From the NCBI GenBank assembly GCA_963772365.1, contig CAVYXA010000004.1, positions 32,001-96,000 on the forward strand: DNA of 64,000 nt, in the 5' to 3' direction. Numbering within the stretch: the stretch's first letter is position 1; each line of letters begins with the position of its first letter. Below are positions 20,959-31,303 of the stretch, one piece after another. A program made the translations under genes and the position numbers. The stretch comes from an uncultured Verrucomicrobiae bacterium. Lineage in GTDB: Bacteria; Verrucomicrobiota; Verrucomicrobiia; Chthoniobacterales; UBA10450. The notes beneath the pieces were generated by a model that saw only the letters and a program-made list of their open reading frames with translations, did no database searches and was not told where the DNA came from.

Positions 20959-22704
20959 CTACAGTGACGACGACGATTCCGTTTGTCGATTGTGATCGCT
21001 CAGAAAAATGCATTCATTCTCCAGTCCGAGCAGCATGCCCCATTTCAATGGGAATGTCTCCAGATTCACCGTCCGCGAAATAATTGGCGCCCACGCGCTG
21101 TATTCTCCTTTCAAAATGTCGCCGAGGGTATTTTGGCTGCCGCTGATGGGTGTGAGATAAAGACCGTAAACCGGGCCGCCAAGAATTCTGTAATCGCTGA
21201 TATCGGTCATCTCCTTGATCGTTTCCGGCACATAGAGAGCGCGCCGATCGGCATACCACGCCACCGCCCACGGCATATCGGACGCGGTCACCTCGTTAGG
21301 CTTCATCCAATCGTTCAACACGGCGATGTAGGGCGGAACATAAGGCGGCCAGCGGATCGATGACTCCGGTTGTTTGAAGAATGGTAGTTTTAGGATCAGG
21401 GGCGTAGCGCAAAGTAAAAACAACAGCGTGATGAATGCGATCCGCGCCACTCGAAGACGCAGCTCCAATCGACGCCATTGGACCAGAAGGAACGCGAGCC
21501 CGTAGCAGGTCATCAGCGGCACAAACATCAGGTGCAGTTGGTTTGCGGCAAAACCTTGTTCTTCATTGACGCCAAAGACGGCCATGCCTGTGACGCCGCC
21601 GAGCCACATGGTCAAAAGCATCCATCGAATTGTTCCCGTTTCGCGGCGTCTGAAAACGTAAAGCAGCCCGGCAAAAAACATGATCGCGACAATGCTGTAG
21701 CCGAAATATCCGAAGAGTCCCGCCGCCTGATTCAAAAAATTGGTGACGATCTTATCGCGGAAACTCGAAGGGAGAGCACTCCCTTCCAAGTCCAAACTCA
21801 GCCGCCGCATCCAGCCGGATTCGGTATGCTGGATTCCGTCGAGAACGGAATAGATCGCCAGACCCGCAGGATTTCCACTAACGAGATAATTTCGGATCAG
21901 CCACGGAAAATAAACAATCGCGAACGCAGCCAACAAAACGAGAGCAGCCCAGCCCCGCGGCCGAAAAAAGAAAACGCAGTAAATGAATGCAGCGACAAAA
22001 ATCCAGATAGTCAGCGCGTGAGTGAGGGCCAGAAGTCCGAAACCGAGCCCGACGAAGGCCAGCCACAATCCCACGCGTCCGCCGCCATATCGTGCTTCGA
22101 CAGCGCGAACCAGTGCATACATGGTGCAGTTGAACAAAAACAGCAGCAGCATCTGAGGCAGACCGGAGAGCGAGTACTGCCAGAACATGTCGCAGAGCAA
22201 GACCAGCGCGCACGTCATCAAAGCCAGACGCTGATCGAACAATCGCCGCACAATAAGGTAGAGAACCACTACCGAAAGCAAAAAGAGCGCGATCGCCATC
22301 ACCACGACCGCCCGATCCCCAGCGTATAGAACGTCGGCCGGCGTCATTTTCCAGTGGGATTTGATCGGGAAAAGCGCAATCGCATCCACCAAAGACGGCA
22401 ACGGCGCATTATAAGTGTCGATCCAAATTTTCTGCGGCACATCTTTGCCATGGGCCAGCAGGTTCCCAATCGAGAGTGGCCGGGCAAAATTCGTTCGCCA
22501 ACCATGACCGCGAGCAATTTCCCGACCGATTTGCGCCTGATCCATCGCCTGCGAGGTGGCCAGCCCGCGGAACTCGTGCGTCATATAAAAGATAGCCAGC
22601 AGTGCAACGCCCGCCAGGGCGAGGCCGCGACGCATCCAAACTACGGGCTTGCCAGCTTCTAGACTGTGAACTAGGCGCTGGATGAATTCTGCGCTACCTG
22701 GCAT
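20959..22704 (-). CDS. GT-C fold (PMT/ArnT-like, GT39) membrane glycosyltransferase
   Basis: Many transmembrane segments, AMDQAQIGR loop, PWLIRNYLVSGNP, SDMPWAVAWY. Confidence 0.65.
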   Translation of the reverse strand: MPGSAEFIQRLVHSLEAGKPVVWMRRGLALAGVALLAIFYMTHEFRGLATSQAMDQAQIGREIARGHGWRTNFARPLSIGNLLAHGKDVPQKIWIDTYNAPLPSLVDAIALFPIKSHWKMTPADVLYAGDRAVVVMAIALFLLSVVVLYLIVRRLFDQRLALMTCALVLLCDMFWQYSLSGLPQMLLLFLFNCTMYALVRAVEARYGGGRVGLWLAFVGLGFGLLALTHALTIWIFVAAFIYCVFFFRPRGWAALVLLAAFAIVYFPWLIRNYLVSGNPAGLAIYSVLDGIQHTESGWMRRLSLDLEGSALPSSFRDKIVTNFLNQAAGLFGYFGYSIVAIMFFAGLLYVFRRRETGTIRWMLLTMWLGGVTGMAVFGVNEEQGFAANQLHLMFVPLMTCYGLAFLLVQWRRLELRLRVARIAFITLLFLLCATPLILKLPFFKQPESSIRWPPYVPPYIAVLNDWMKPNEVTASDMPWAVAWYADRRALYVPETIKEMTDISDYRILGGPVYGLYLTPISGSQNTLGDILKGEYSAWAPIISRTVNLETFPLKWGMLLGLENECIFLSDHNRQTESSSSL

Positions 22705-24163
22705 TTTCGGATTCGGTGGTTACGTCGTTGCGCGCCGGACCCTGAGTCGGAGCCGGACTGCCATTTTCGCGGGATAGCTCGCTGGCTGCCTTCATCTCGT
22801 TGATCTTTCGATGAAGTGTTCGCCTGCTAATGCCGAGCTTCTTTGCTGCTGCCGTCACGTTGCCATCTGTCGCTGCAAGTGCCTGCATGATCAACTTTTT
22901 CTCCGTTTCATGAAGATCGAGCGGGCTCGCCTTTTCGCCATAGGCTTTAGCAGCGGAAATGCCGCGCGGTAAAGTTCCGCCCGCAGCCTGGCGCACGGCC
23001 ATCGGTAAATCACGCAAGGTCAGCTTCGAACCGGTGGCCATGACCACGCCGTGCTCGATCGCCGTTCGCAGCTCGCGCACATTGCCAGGCCAGTTGTAAG
23101 TGAGCAGTGCGTTCATGGCGTCGGCGGTAAGATCGACAACCGATTTCTCATTCGCTTTCGAAAAATGCCGCAGAAAAGATTTAACTAATATCGGAATATC
23201 GTCCTTTCGCTCCCGCAAAGGCGGCATGGTAATGCGCACAACATTGAGCCGAAAGAAAAGATCATCACGAAATTTTCCTTCGCGCACGAGCGCCTCAAGG
23301 TTTTTGTTGGTCGCGGCAATCAAGCGAACATCCGCCCGCAAGGTCTGATTGCCGCCCACTCGTTCAAACGAACGCTCTTCGCTGATCACGCGCAAAAGTT
23401 TTACCTGTGTGCTCGGCGGAATTTCGGCCACTTCGTCGAGAAAAATTGTGCCGCCATTGGCCTGCTCGAATCTTCCGATCCGGCGTTCATGCGCGCCAGT
23501 GAAGGCGCCTTTCTCATGACCGAACAATTCGCTTTCCAGAAGAGTAGGAGAAAGCGCCGCGCAATGCACTGTTACGAATTTCGTCTTGCTACGGCGGCTC
23601 AAATTATGAATCGCATGGGCTGCCAATTCCTTGCCGGTACCGCTTTCTCCTTCGATCAAGACATTCGCCGACGACGGCGCCACCTGCTTGATGGTTGCGA
23701 GCACTTCATGTAGAGCCGGTGATTCTCCAATGATGTTTTCCAGCCCGAACCGCTCATCCACTTGCTGGCGCAGTACGCGGTTTTCCTGTTCCAGGTTGCG
23801 GCCCTTGAGCGCTCGCGCGATCAGCATCTCGATTTTGTCGAGGTTGAGCGGTTTGGTCACAAAATCGTAAGCGCCGCGTTTCATCGCTTCGACCGCGGTA
23901 TCCACCGAGCCGTAAGCAGTCATCATGATGCAAATCGGCGATTGCGGAAGTTTGAGAGCGCGATCAATCAACTGCATCCCGTCTTCGCCGCCAAGCCGCA
24001 GATCCGTGAGAAGCAAATCGATTGGCTCGCGTTCGAGGACGCTCATCGCGCCGGCGATATCTCCCGCGACATAGACATCGTAGTCATCTTCCAGCAATCG
24101 ACGCAGCCCGTCCCGGGTATGTTTTTCATCATCGACAATCAGTATGGTTGGTTGTGGCGACAT
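22694..24163 (-). CDS. Sigma-54-dependent response regulator (NtrC/AtoC family)
   Basis: Receiver domain (ILIVDDE), GESGTGKE, GAFTGA, WPGNVREL, Fis HTH. Confidence 0.95.
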   Translation of the reverse strand: MSPQPTILIVDDEKHTRDGLRRLLEDDYDVYVAGDIAGAMSVLEREPIDLLLTDLRLGGEDGMQLIDRALKLPQSPICIMMTAYGSVDTAVEAMKRGAYDFVTKPLNLDKIEMLIARALKGRNLEQENRVLRQQVDERFGLENIIGESPALHEVLATIKQVAPSSANVLIEGESGTGKELAAHAIHNLSRRSKTKFVTVHCAALSPTLLESELFGHEKGAFTGAHERRIGRFEQANGGTIFLDEVAEIPPSTQVKLLRVISEERSFERVGGNQTLRADVRLIAATNKNLEALVREGKFRDDLFFRLNVVRITMPPLRERKDDIPILVKSFLRHFSKANEKSVVDLTADAMNALLTYNWPGNVRELRTAIEHGVVMATGSKLTLRDLPMAVRQAAGGTLPRGISAAKAYGEKASPLDLHETEKKLIMQALAATDGNVTAAAKKLGISRRTLHRKINEMKAASELSRENGSPAPTQGPARNDVTTESENAR

Positions 24164-24247
24164 TTAATAACAGGCGATTCGATCAATCGGATTGCCGAGA
24201 CATTTGACTCATTCGTCGCATCTCTCAATCGGCAACTGTTTCTGCCT

Positions 24248-25690
24248 TTATGGGCCTTGAGGAATCCGAGCGACCGGCGTGGGCGATGAACTAATCGTCG
24301 GACTTTCCGACACGGTCGGGCTCGGGGTGGGAGAAGCGACTGGAAAAGCGAATGTCGCTTCCGGTACAGGCGAAACGCTGGCCTCAGCGGGCGGCGATGT
24401 CGATGCTCCGCTCGCGACAGGTGTCGGAGTTGCACCGGGACTCGCCGTCGGTGCTGGAGTCGGCGAAGGCGATGGCAAAAGGATATTTTCCCATTGATGC
24501 AATGGCACGGTCGCCCCACCGACCTCATTCACCAACGTTTCGCAACGGGCGCGGATCTTGTCCAAAACCGGCGGACCCCATGGCTTGTCCGACGTTCCTG
24601 GAAAAACCAGATACGTCACTTTGAGATCGCTCACGGGCCGGCTATAAGCCGTAGCGGCAGGATTGATTTCCTTGGCAATCCGCAACGAAGCTTCGCCGAC
24701 CCGATCATTCGGGCCGATATCGCCAACGAGCGTTGGATAAATGGCGTCTCCGAAAATGACCAAGGCGTAATCACCGACCTTCAAACCATCGGGCCCGCGG
24801 GCGAATGCTGCCGGCACAACAATGTAAGGATCGGTCACACCGATGAGAAAACTGAATTTCTTAAGCGTGAAAATCTCGGCATGCAGTTCCGCAATCAGCG
24901 AACGCAATTCACGTTTGCGTTCTACCGTTGTGGCCGGCGAAGCAAACTCATCCTCGGCCTGTTTCAAACGCGCCTCTGTCGGCGCCAGATAGGGATTGGG
25001 CACGGATGTTTTCTTAGACCACTTGTAGCTTGTGAAAGGCTTGAAGTTGGTCGGAGCACCCGCGCTGGCCGGCATCCTGTCGCCATCGGAGCCGTCTGCA
25101 TCGACATCCATGTCCGCCTGAATCAGAACGGCCCGGCGATGGCTCTCCGGATGGCGCAATTGCAGAACAGTCTGGCAATCGAAAAAATTGTGGCGTGAGA
25201 GCAACAGATCGAGGCGGACCAATTTTTCGCGCAGAACTTTAATTTTGGTCTCGTAAAGCTCGGCGAAAAGAGGCGAGACCGATTCCGGCGTCACCATTTT
25301 GCTCAAGCCGGGCAGAAGGGCGGGCAATTGCGGGCTCACTTTCGACAGGTCATCGATCGTTTTATTCGCTACCGGCAGACGTGCCTTCAATTGAAGATCG
25401 ACGATGTAACTTTCCAGATCGTTCCGCTCTGTCGTTGCATCCGCTCCGGGAAGAGTCTCAACTTTGGAATGTAGAGTGAGGCCGTTGAATATTTTGTTCG
25501 TATCGAGCTTGCCGGTGATGATCGGCGGACGCGTCGGACTTGGCGTAGGCGTCGGAGTCACCATTAATTCAGGGCCGAAGTGGACCAAACGCTCCAGCGA
25601 AATCCAGCTGTAGATAATTGCGACGAAAATCGCCAAAGCCAGAACCAGCACCACCCGCCCCAGCCATGTCCTGACGCGCAATTTTGCCAC
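24248..25690 (-). CDS. Membrane-anchored GH75 (chitosanase-like) domain protein
   Basis: DMDVDADG, PYIVVP, GDYALV, VGDIGP..VGEASL; N-terminal transmembrane segment and Pro/Thr-rich tail. Confidence 0.72.
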   Translation of the reverse strand: MAKLRVRTWLGRVVLVLALAIFVAIIYSWISLERLVHFGPELMVTPTPTPSPTRPPIITGKLDTNKIFNGLTLHSKVETLPGADATTERNDLESYIVDLQLKARLPVANKTIDDLSKVSPQLPALLPGLSKMVTPESVSPLFAELYETKIKVLREKLVRLDLLLSRHNFFDCQTVLQLRHPESHRRAVLIQADMDVDADGSDGDRMPASAGAPTNFKPFTSYKWSKKTSVPNPYLAPTEARLKQAEDEFASPATTVERKRELRSLIAELHAEIFTLKKFSFLIGVTDPYIVVPAAFARGPDGLKVGDYALVIFGDAIYPTLVGDIGPNDRVGEASLRIAKEINPAATAYSRPVSDLKVTYLVFPGTSDKPWGPPVLDKIRARCETLVNEVGGATVPLHQWENILLPSPSPTPAPTASPGATPTPVASGASTSPPAEASVSPVPEATFAFPVASPTPSPTVSESPTISSSPTPVARIPQGP

Positions 25691-25699
25691 TGGGTGCGG

Positions 25700-26017
25700 T
25701 TACTTTTTCACCCAGGCTACGATTCCTACAATGATGCCGATCACGCTCAGGATCGACATCATCCCAGCCGGCATTGCTTTGCCGGTACTGATGAATTTGG
25801 GAACGAATTGCGCAGCCAGAACGAAGGAAATAATCAAGACAATCGCCAGCCCGGCAACCGTATGTTCCGGCAAAAGCCAGGCGCCGACGAGCAGCAGAAT
25901 CCCAGTGATCGAGCCGGCGATGATCGAAGCCGTGCTGCCGGCCTTGATGTAGCCAATGATGCCGCCGGCAATTGTGAGAACGCCGAAAACGATGAAGTAG
26001 ATCCTGGGTCCGAACAT
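25700..26017 (-). CDS. TMEM14-family small membrane protein
   Basis: GGIIGYIKAGSTASIIAG and KAMPAG motifs. Confidence 0.85.
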   Translation of the reverse strand: MFGPRIYFIVFGVLTIAGGIIGYIKAGSTASIIAGSITGILLLVGAWLLPEHTVAGLAIVLIISFVLAAQFVPKFISTGKAMPAGMMSILSVIGIIVGIVAWVKK

Positions 26018-26152
26018 TGAGGAATTCAGTAACCTAACGCTCCGGTCCTGTCCAGCGGGGCAAGAGCGGCTTACCTGATTTACGCCCAGGGTTGAGCGAC
26101 ATTCGAATTCCGAAGAGCGTGCGCTCCACGGAAATCGCGGCTAGGCTTTTTC

Positions 26153-27517
26153 GTGCACGCGTTTCATTACCGCGATGGCAAACTTCACGGCGAAGATGTC
26201 GATCTTACCTGCGTGGCCGAGCAGTTCGGGACGCCGCTGTATGTATATAGCGCGAGCACAATTCTGGATCATTACCAACGCCTCGATACCGCTTTGGCTC
26301 CGCTCGATCACTTGATTTGTTACGCGGTCAAGGCCAACTCGAACGGCGCGATCTTAAAATTGCTGGGCGATGCCGGCGCGGGGTTCGACATCGTTTCCGG
26401 CGGCGAACTCTTCCGCGTGCTCAAAACCGGCGGTGATCCAGCCAAATGTACATTCGCAGGTGTCGGCAAATCGCGCGCCGAAATCGAGTACACGCTCGAC
26501 CAGGGCGTTTACAGTTTCAATGTCGAAAGCGAAGCCGAGCTGGAATGCATCGACCAAATCGCGGCCGAAAAAAAAGTGCAGGCGCCGATCGCATTGCGCG
26601 TCAATCCCGATGTCGATCCTAAGACACATCATTACATTTCGACCGGGTCGCACGAGAACAAGTTCGGAATTTCGCTCGATCGGGTCGAAGCGATCTACAA
26701 TCGCGCCGCGAAGATGGACAACATCGACATTGTCGGAGTCCAAATGCACATCGGCTCCCAGATTACTGAGGCGAAACCGTTTGCCGAAGCGATCGGGAAA
26801 GTTGCCGGAATCGTGCGCCAGCTGAAATCGAAACACGCCATCAAGTTTTTCAGCATCGGCGGCGGCATGGGAATCATTTATCGCCGCGCATTAGAGAGCG
26901 GCTCGGGCCAATGGTGGCACAAGCATGGTCCCGCATGCGCGGGATCCGCATTCAGCATCCGCGATTATGCCGATGCCATCGTGCCGTCGCTGCGTAAACT
27001 CAATGTCCGGATCCTGGTTGAGCCGGGCCGGTTTCTGGTTGGAAATGCCGGCGTTCTTCTCACCCGGGTTTGTTACGTCAAACAGACCGGCCAAAAGAAA
27101 TTTGCGGTTGTCGATGCTGGAATGAACGATCTCATCCGGCCGGCCCTATACCAGAGTTATCACGAGATCGTGCCCGTTAAAGAGTGTGGCAACACCCTAA
27201 CCTCAATCCTCTCCCTGGAAGGGAGAGGCGGACGCGAAGCGCGGGGTGAGGGTCGAGCCACACCGACCGAGAAGATCGACATTGTCGGACCGGTCTGTGA
27301 ATCAGGAGATTTTTTCGCACTCGACCGGGAGATGCCGCCGCTGCGTCAGGGCGACCTGCTCGCCATCATGAGCGCCGGCGCATATGGATTCACGATGGCC
27401 TCGAATTATAATTCGCGTCCCTTCCCCGCCGAAGCGCTGATTCGCGGGGACCAGTCCAGACTAATTCGTGAGCGACAAACGTGGAGCGATCTGGTGCGCG
27501 GTGAGATCGACAATTAG
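26153..27517 (+). CDS. lysA: Diaminopimelate decarboxylase
   Basis: YAVKAN, HIGSQI, EPGRFLV, GPVCESGD, GAYGFTMASNYNSRP. Confidence 0.96.
   Translation: MHAFHYRDGKLHGEDVDLTCVAEQFGTPLYVYSASTILDHYQRLDTALAPLDHLICYAVKANSNGAILKLLGDAGAGFDIVSGGELFRVLKTGGDPAKCTFAGVGKSRAEIEYTLDQGVYSFNVESEAELECIDQIAAEKKVQAPIALRVNPDVDPKTHHYISTGSHENKFGISLDRVEAIYNRAAKMDNIDIVGVQMHIGSQITEAKPFAEAIGKVAGIVRQLKSKHAIKFFSIGGGMGIIYRRALESGSGQWWHKHGPACAGSAFSIRDYADAIVPSLRKLNVRILVEPGRFLVGNAGVLLTRVCYVKQTGQKKFAVVDAGMNDLIRPALYQSYHEIVPVKECGNTLTSILSLEGRGGREARGEGRATPTEKIDIVGPVCESGDFFALDREMPPLRQGDLLAIMSAGAYGFTMASNYNSRPFPAEALIRGDQSRLIRERQTWSDLVRGEIDN
27194..27253. repeat. Palindromic repeat family A, 60-bp in-frame copy inside lysA
   Basis: accctaacctcaatcctctccctggaagggagaggcggacgcgaagcgcggggtgagggt. 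Confidence 0.9.
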
Positions 27518-27549
27518 GTCTTACAATCTTGCCCGGATGGCACGATCCG

Positions 27550-29565
27550 TTACGGAGCCTCCAAACTCCAACCTGACGGAAGCGTTGGACCGTAGGCGCC
27601 ACCGATGTAGGCACTGTTGTTCAGATACCAGATCGCTGTCCGGCGGGTGCTGGTATTCTGCAACAAATAATCAGGCTTTTCGTCCGAGTTAAAATCGGCC
27701 ACGCCGACCAATTCATAGCCACTCGCAATCGTTGGCCCATAGACGCCCCTGAGAAACGTAACCCCGGAGAAATACCAGATCGCTGTCTGACGCGTGCCGC
27801 GGTTGAAGAACGCTACATCCACCGAGCCGTCCCCATCGAAGTCCGCTATACCAGCCTTTCTCCAGCCAACCGGAATAGTGGGCCCGTATGTGCCCCCGAT
27901 GTAAACGTTGTTGTTCAGGTACCACACCGCCGATCGGCGCGTGCTCGCATTGAAAAGCACGTAATCAGGTTTTCCGTCGCCATTAAAATCGCCGACAGCG
28001 ACCAAGGCCCATCCGCTCGGGAGACTGGGCCCGTAAGCGCCGCTGATGTAAACGTTATTGTTGAGGTACCAGATCGCCGTCTGGCGTGTGCTGGGGTTGA
28101 ACAGGGCGTGATCCGGGTGGCCGTCGCGATTGAAATCGGCTACATCGATTACGCTCCAGCCAACCGGCAGAGTCGGAGCATAAGCCCCGCCGATATAAAC
28201 GTTGTTATTCAAATACCACACTGCCGTCTGGCGCGTGCTTCCGTCATAGAGCAAGTAATCTGGGTGGCCGTCACCGTTGAAATCGTAGGTTGCTTGCGAG
28301 GGAGGCGTGGAGCCGAATTCGAAGGCGCCCATGTCCACGATGCCGTTCGCGATACGGCGGTTGCCATCCAGGTCGGTGCCTGTGGTCATCCAGGTCTGAT
28401 TGGTTCCTGTGTCAATGCACGGCGAGCCGCTACCAAGATGGTACCCGGTCGCAAAACCGGGGTCAGAAGCGATGTTGCCGGCGCCGGGAGGCAGGGGAGT
28501 TGAGTCGCAGTGGTCAAACGTCGCTGCCCCATACGGGTTGAGGTAATAGTTAGGATCAGTGGCGGCAGTGTTACCATAGATGATTGTGTTCCGAATCTGA
28601 CTGCCATAGGCGAGACCTCCTCCGTTGGAGAAATTGCCATAAAGTGTGTTGCCAGAGACGGTGCTGGACTCCAGAATCCCGCCGCTGTTGAAATACACGC
28701 CGCCGCCCACCGCCCAGTTGGCGCCTCCGGGGTCGGTATGGGCGTTGTTGCCGGTGATGAGACAGTTTCGAACAAGACCATCCACGTTCGCCGTCATGTA
28801 AACTCCGCCGCCGTTGGCATACCAATGTCCATAGGCCGTGTTGCCGCTGATCGTGCAGTTTTGCACTGAGCCGTTGTTGGCGTTGATCCCGGCGCCGTTC
28901 GCGTAATAGCCGGTCAGGGTGTTGTTGGTGACGGTGGAGTGGTCAATCTGACTTTCATCAATAGCATAGATGCCGCCACCCTCGGCGAACGCCCCATACT
29001 GGTAGCTATTTGTGGATGTGACGGTATTCCCGCTGATCATACAGTGAGAAACGGTTCCTCCGTTACAATAGACACCGCCACCCTTTGGTGCATCACCTAC
29101 CGCCTGATTGTTGGTGATCACGCAGTTCGTTAGGGTGCCGCCAACACAGTAAACGCCGGCGCCAAGCTCCGCCGTTCCATTGGCAATCGTCAGGCGGGAA
29201 ATGGTGGCGGTACTGGAAGTGATATTGAAAATGCGGAAAGGCATCACGGAGTTGCGCTGCACGGTCAACAGATTTACGCCGGGGCCATTGATCGTCAGGT
29301 GTTTGTTAATTAACAACTCACCACTCGTGAGGTTAATCATGGTAACACCAGCAGCGAAGTTAATCACATCGCCGGACGCCGCATTAAGGATCGCCTGCCG
29401 CAGTGATCCCGCGCCGCTGTCGTTACCATTGGTAACAGTAAGAGTTGCCGCCGGCGCATCGGTCGCATTTAATAGGAGGGCGGAGATCACGCAAGCCAGA
29501 TAAGAACACCAGTGCGTCGGCAAATACCGGTTATGACAAGGGGTTGTTAACATGATCTTTTTCAT
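27550..29565 (-). CDS. Secreted beta-helix (choice-of-anchor-like) protein with C-terminal FG-GAP/VCBS repeats
   Basis: DSGAGSLRQAI, GGGVY repeats, GSPCIDTG...DMGAFE, five DFxxD repeats followed by AIWY/AVWY. Confidence 0.85.
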   Translation of the reverse strand: MKKIMLTTPCHNRYLPTHWCSYLACVISALLLNATDAPAATLTVTNGNDSGAGSLRQAILNAASGDVINFAAGVTMINLTSGELLINKHLTINGPGVNLLTVQRNSVMPFRIFNITSSTATISRLTIANGTAELGAGVYCVGGTLTNCVITNNQAVGDAPKGGGVYCNGGTVSHCMISGNTVTSTNSYQYGAFAEGGGIYAIDESQIDHSTVTNNTLTGYYANGAGINANNGSVQNCTISGNTAYGHWYANGGGVYMTANVDGLVRNCLITGNNAHTDPGGANWAVGGGVYFNSGGILESSTVSGNTLYGNFSNGGGLAYGSQIRNTIIYGNTAATDPNYYLNPYGAATFDHCDSTPLPPGAGNIASDPGFATGYHLGSGSPCIDTGTNQTWMTTGTDLDGNRRIANGIVDMGAFEFGSTPPSQATYDFNGDGHPDYLLYDGSTRQTAVWYLNNNVYIGGAYAPTLPVGWSVIDVADFNRDGHPDHALFNPSTRQTAIWYLNNNVYISGAYGPSLPSGWALVAVGDFNGDGKPDYVLFNASTRRSAVWYLNNNVYIGGTYGPTIPVGWRKAGIADFDGDGSVDVAFFNRGTRQTAIWYFSGVTFLRGVYGPTIASGYELVGVADFNSDEKPDYLLQNTSTRRTAIWYLNNSAYIGGAYGPTLPSGWSLEAP

Positions 29566-29719
29566 ATTTTTTCCAAAGATTGATTGTGGGGCGAGAAGCA
29601 ATTTGATCTTGGGGGAGGCACTTGTGGATATTCTCGCTGGAATGGAACGGCCTTTTTACGCACTTTCCGCCAGAAACGCAAGAAAAAAATTCTAGGATCG
29701 AGCCAGGCCGAATGGTGTT

Positions 29720-30045
29720 TGCCAATCGCGCAGGAAGCGTTTGTCCGTAGGCACCGCCAATAAAGACGTTGTTGTTCAATACCAAATCGCCAGCTGGCGC
29801 GTGCTGGTATTAAACGGGGCATAATCGGACTTGCCGTCGCGGTTAAAGTCCGCTGTGCCAGTCAAGATTTAACCGGTGGCGATGGTTGGGCCATAGACGC
29901 CGCCGACAAACACATTGTTATTCAAATACCAGATCGCGGATTGGCGAGTCGCAGCGTTGAAGAGCAGGTAATCGGTTTTGCCGTCGCCGTTGAAATCGCC
30001 GACAGCCACCAATTCCCCAGCCGCTGGGCAGCGTTGGGCCGTATG
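29720..30045 (-). pseudogene. Degenerate FG-GAP repeat fragment
   Basis: VGDFNGDGKTDYLLFNAATRQSAIWYLNNNVFVGGVYGPTIATG, then a stop, ADFNRDGKSDY, and a frameshifted LNNNVFIGGAYGQTLP. Confidence 0.8.
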
Positions 30046-30084
30046 CGCCGGCATCGGGAAATGTCCCACCGGGTTGTCCGCGAC

Positions 30085-30138
30085 GCGTCCACGTTGGTGG
30101 ACTTTGAGGTAAGTGGAATCAATCTCGCTCATCACCAC
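30085..30138 (-). mobile_element. Possible IS5-family transposase relic
   Basis: Peptide IDSTYLKVHQRG resembles the first catalytic-Asp motif of IS5 transposases. Very short match. Confidence 0.25.
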
Positions 30139-30536
30139 CGACGCTGGCTTGGGCTAAAGCTTGACCGGGCCACCATTGTCGATCGGGCTGCTGGCAGAGT
30201 TTTGCTCCACGGAGCACGTACCGCCAAATCAACCGCCCACTCAATCGCACCCGCAGCCAGCGTGGAAGTTCCCGCGCCGCCGGCCGGTAATTGCCTGAGC
30301 CGCGCTCGTAGAAAACCCCCAATCGAACAGGTCTCAGAAATCATCCATCAGCTCACGGACAAGGCGTGGCGCGGGTCGGAGTCATCGTCAGCAAATTGGA
30401 AAAGCAGCTTCGCAAAAGAGCGCGATATTCTCTCGGCGTCCGGCAACCAAGCGGCCAGTGCTCTTGGGCTTTTCGTAAGCGCGGTCCACTCTTGCGCGAT
30501 TCGTGTCCCGCATAAATAGTGCTTCTGCCTAAATCG

Positions 30537-31229
30537 ATGAAACGATTGGTCCTGATTTTTTTACTGCTCCTACTGGCTCAGTCGTCACAGGCCCGCACGA
30601 CCGAACGCGAGTGGATCATCCTCGTAGGTGGTCCATCGCTTTACCAATGGGAGAAATACAAGGCCTATCCGCATGATCATTGGTGGGCCAATTTTGTGCG
30701 GGCAGCCCGGATCCGCACCGAACAATTGCGGGCCGTGGGGACGAACGCGAAGATTACCTGGCTGGTTTACAAGCAGGGCTATATCTCCCGTGGCAAACAG
30801 GACCATCAGGATTTGCTCAGCTACATCGATTCCGTGCGCGACAAATACAATCTCAAGCTCGTTTATTTTCAAACCGGTGCCGATGTTATCAATTACCTAA
30901 ACAACGGCCAACCGCGCGATCGGGTGAAAGTGGCCGGGTTCGAATATTTCGGTCACTCGAACAAGGCCTGTTTCATGTTCGATTACAGCAACAATCTCGA
31001 CAGCGCTTCAAAAGCTTGGCTGCACGAAAATGATTTGGTGAAAATCGATCGCCACATTTTTGCGCACCCGACCTATGCCCGAAGCTGGGGTTGTCATACT
31101 GGCGAAAGCATGTCGCGAAAATGGTACAACGCGACCGGTACGCATATGTTCGGCGCAATCGGCAAGACACAGTTCATGATGGAAGAATTGCCGATTCTCA
31201 CTTCAGCCAACGGCAGGTGGGTCAATTAG
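30537..31229 (+). CDS. Secreted hypothetical protein, possible clan CD cysteine-peptidase fold
   Basis: Signal peptide; EYFGHSN and SWGCHTG motifs. Confidence 0.7.
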   Translation: MKRLVLIFLLLLLAQSSQARTTEREWIILVGGPSLYQWEKYKAYPHDHWWANFVRAARIRTEQLRAVGTNAKITWLVYKQGYISRGKQDHQDLLSYIDSVRDKYNLKLVYFQTGADVINYLNNGQPRDRVKVAGFEYFGHSNKACFMFDYSNNLDSASKAWLHENDLVKIDRHIFAHPTYARSWGCHTGESMSRKWYNATGTHMFGAIGKTQFMMEELPILTSANGRWVN

Positions 31230-31303
31230 GAATCATCACGAATACTTGGCCAAAATAGAATCCAATGTGCTAGACTGAAACAGGGCTGTCCTCTTTTCTC
31301 CTT

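Noticed and set aside
21478..22329. Long antisense ORFs (also 5113-5706, 7406-8305, 9668-10453, 37305-37937, 55239-56009)
   Set aside because: They shadow well-supported genes on the opposite strand and have no recognisable motifs.
27550..28290. CRISPR-like periodic repeats
   Set aside because: The periodicity comes from protein-coding FG-GAP repeats; there are no identical repeats with unique spacers and no cas genes.
29941..30519. 192-aa plus-strand ORF
   Set aside because: Partly antisense to the FG-GAP remnant, TTG start and no recognisable domain.
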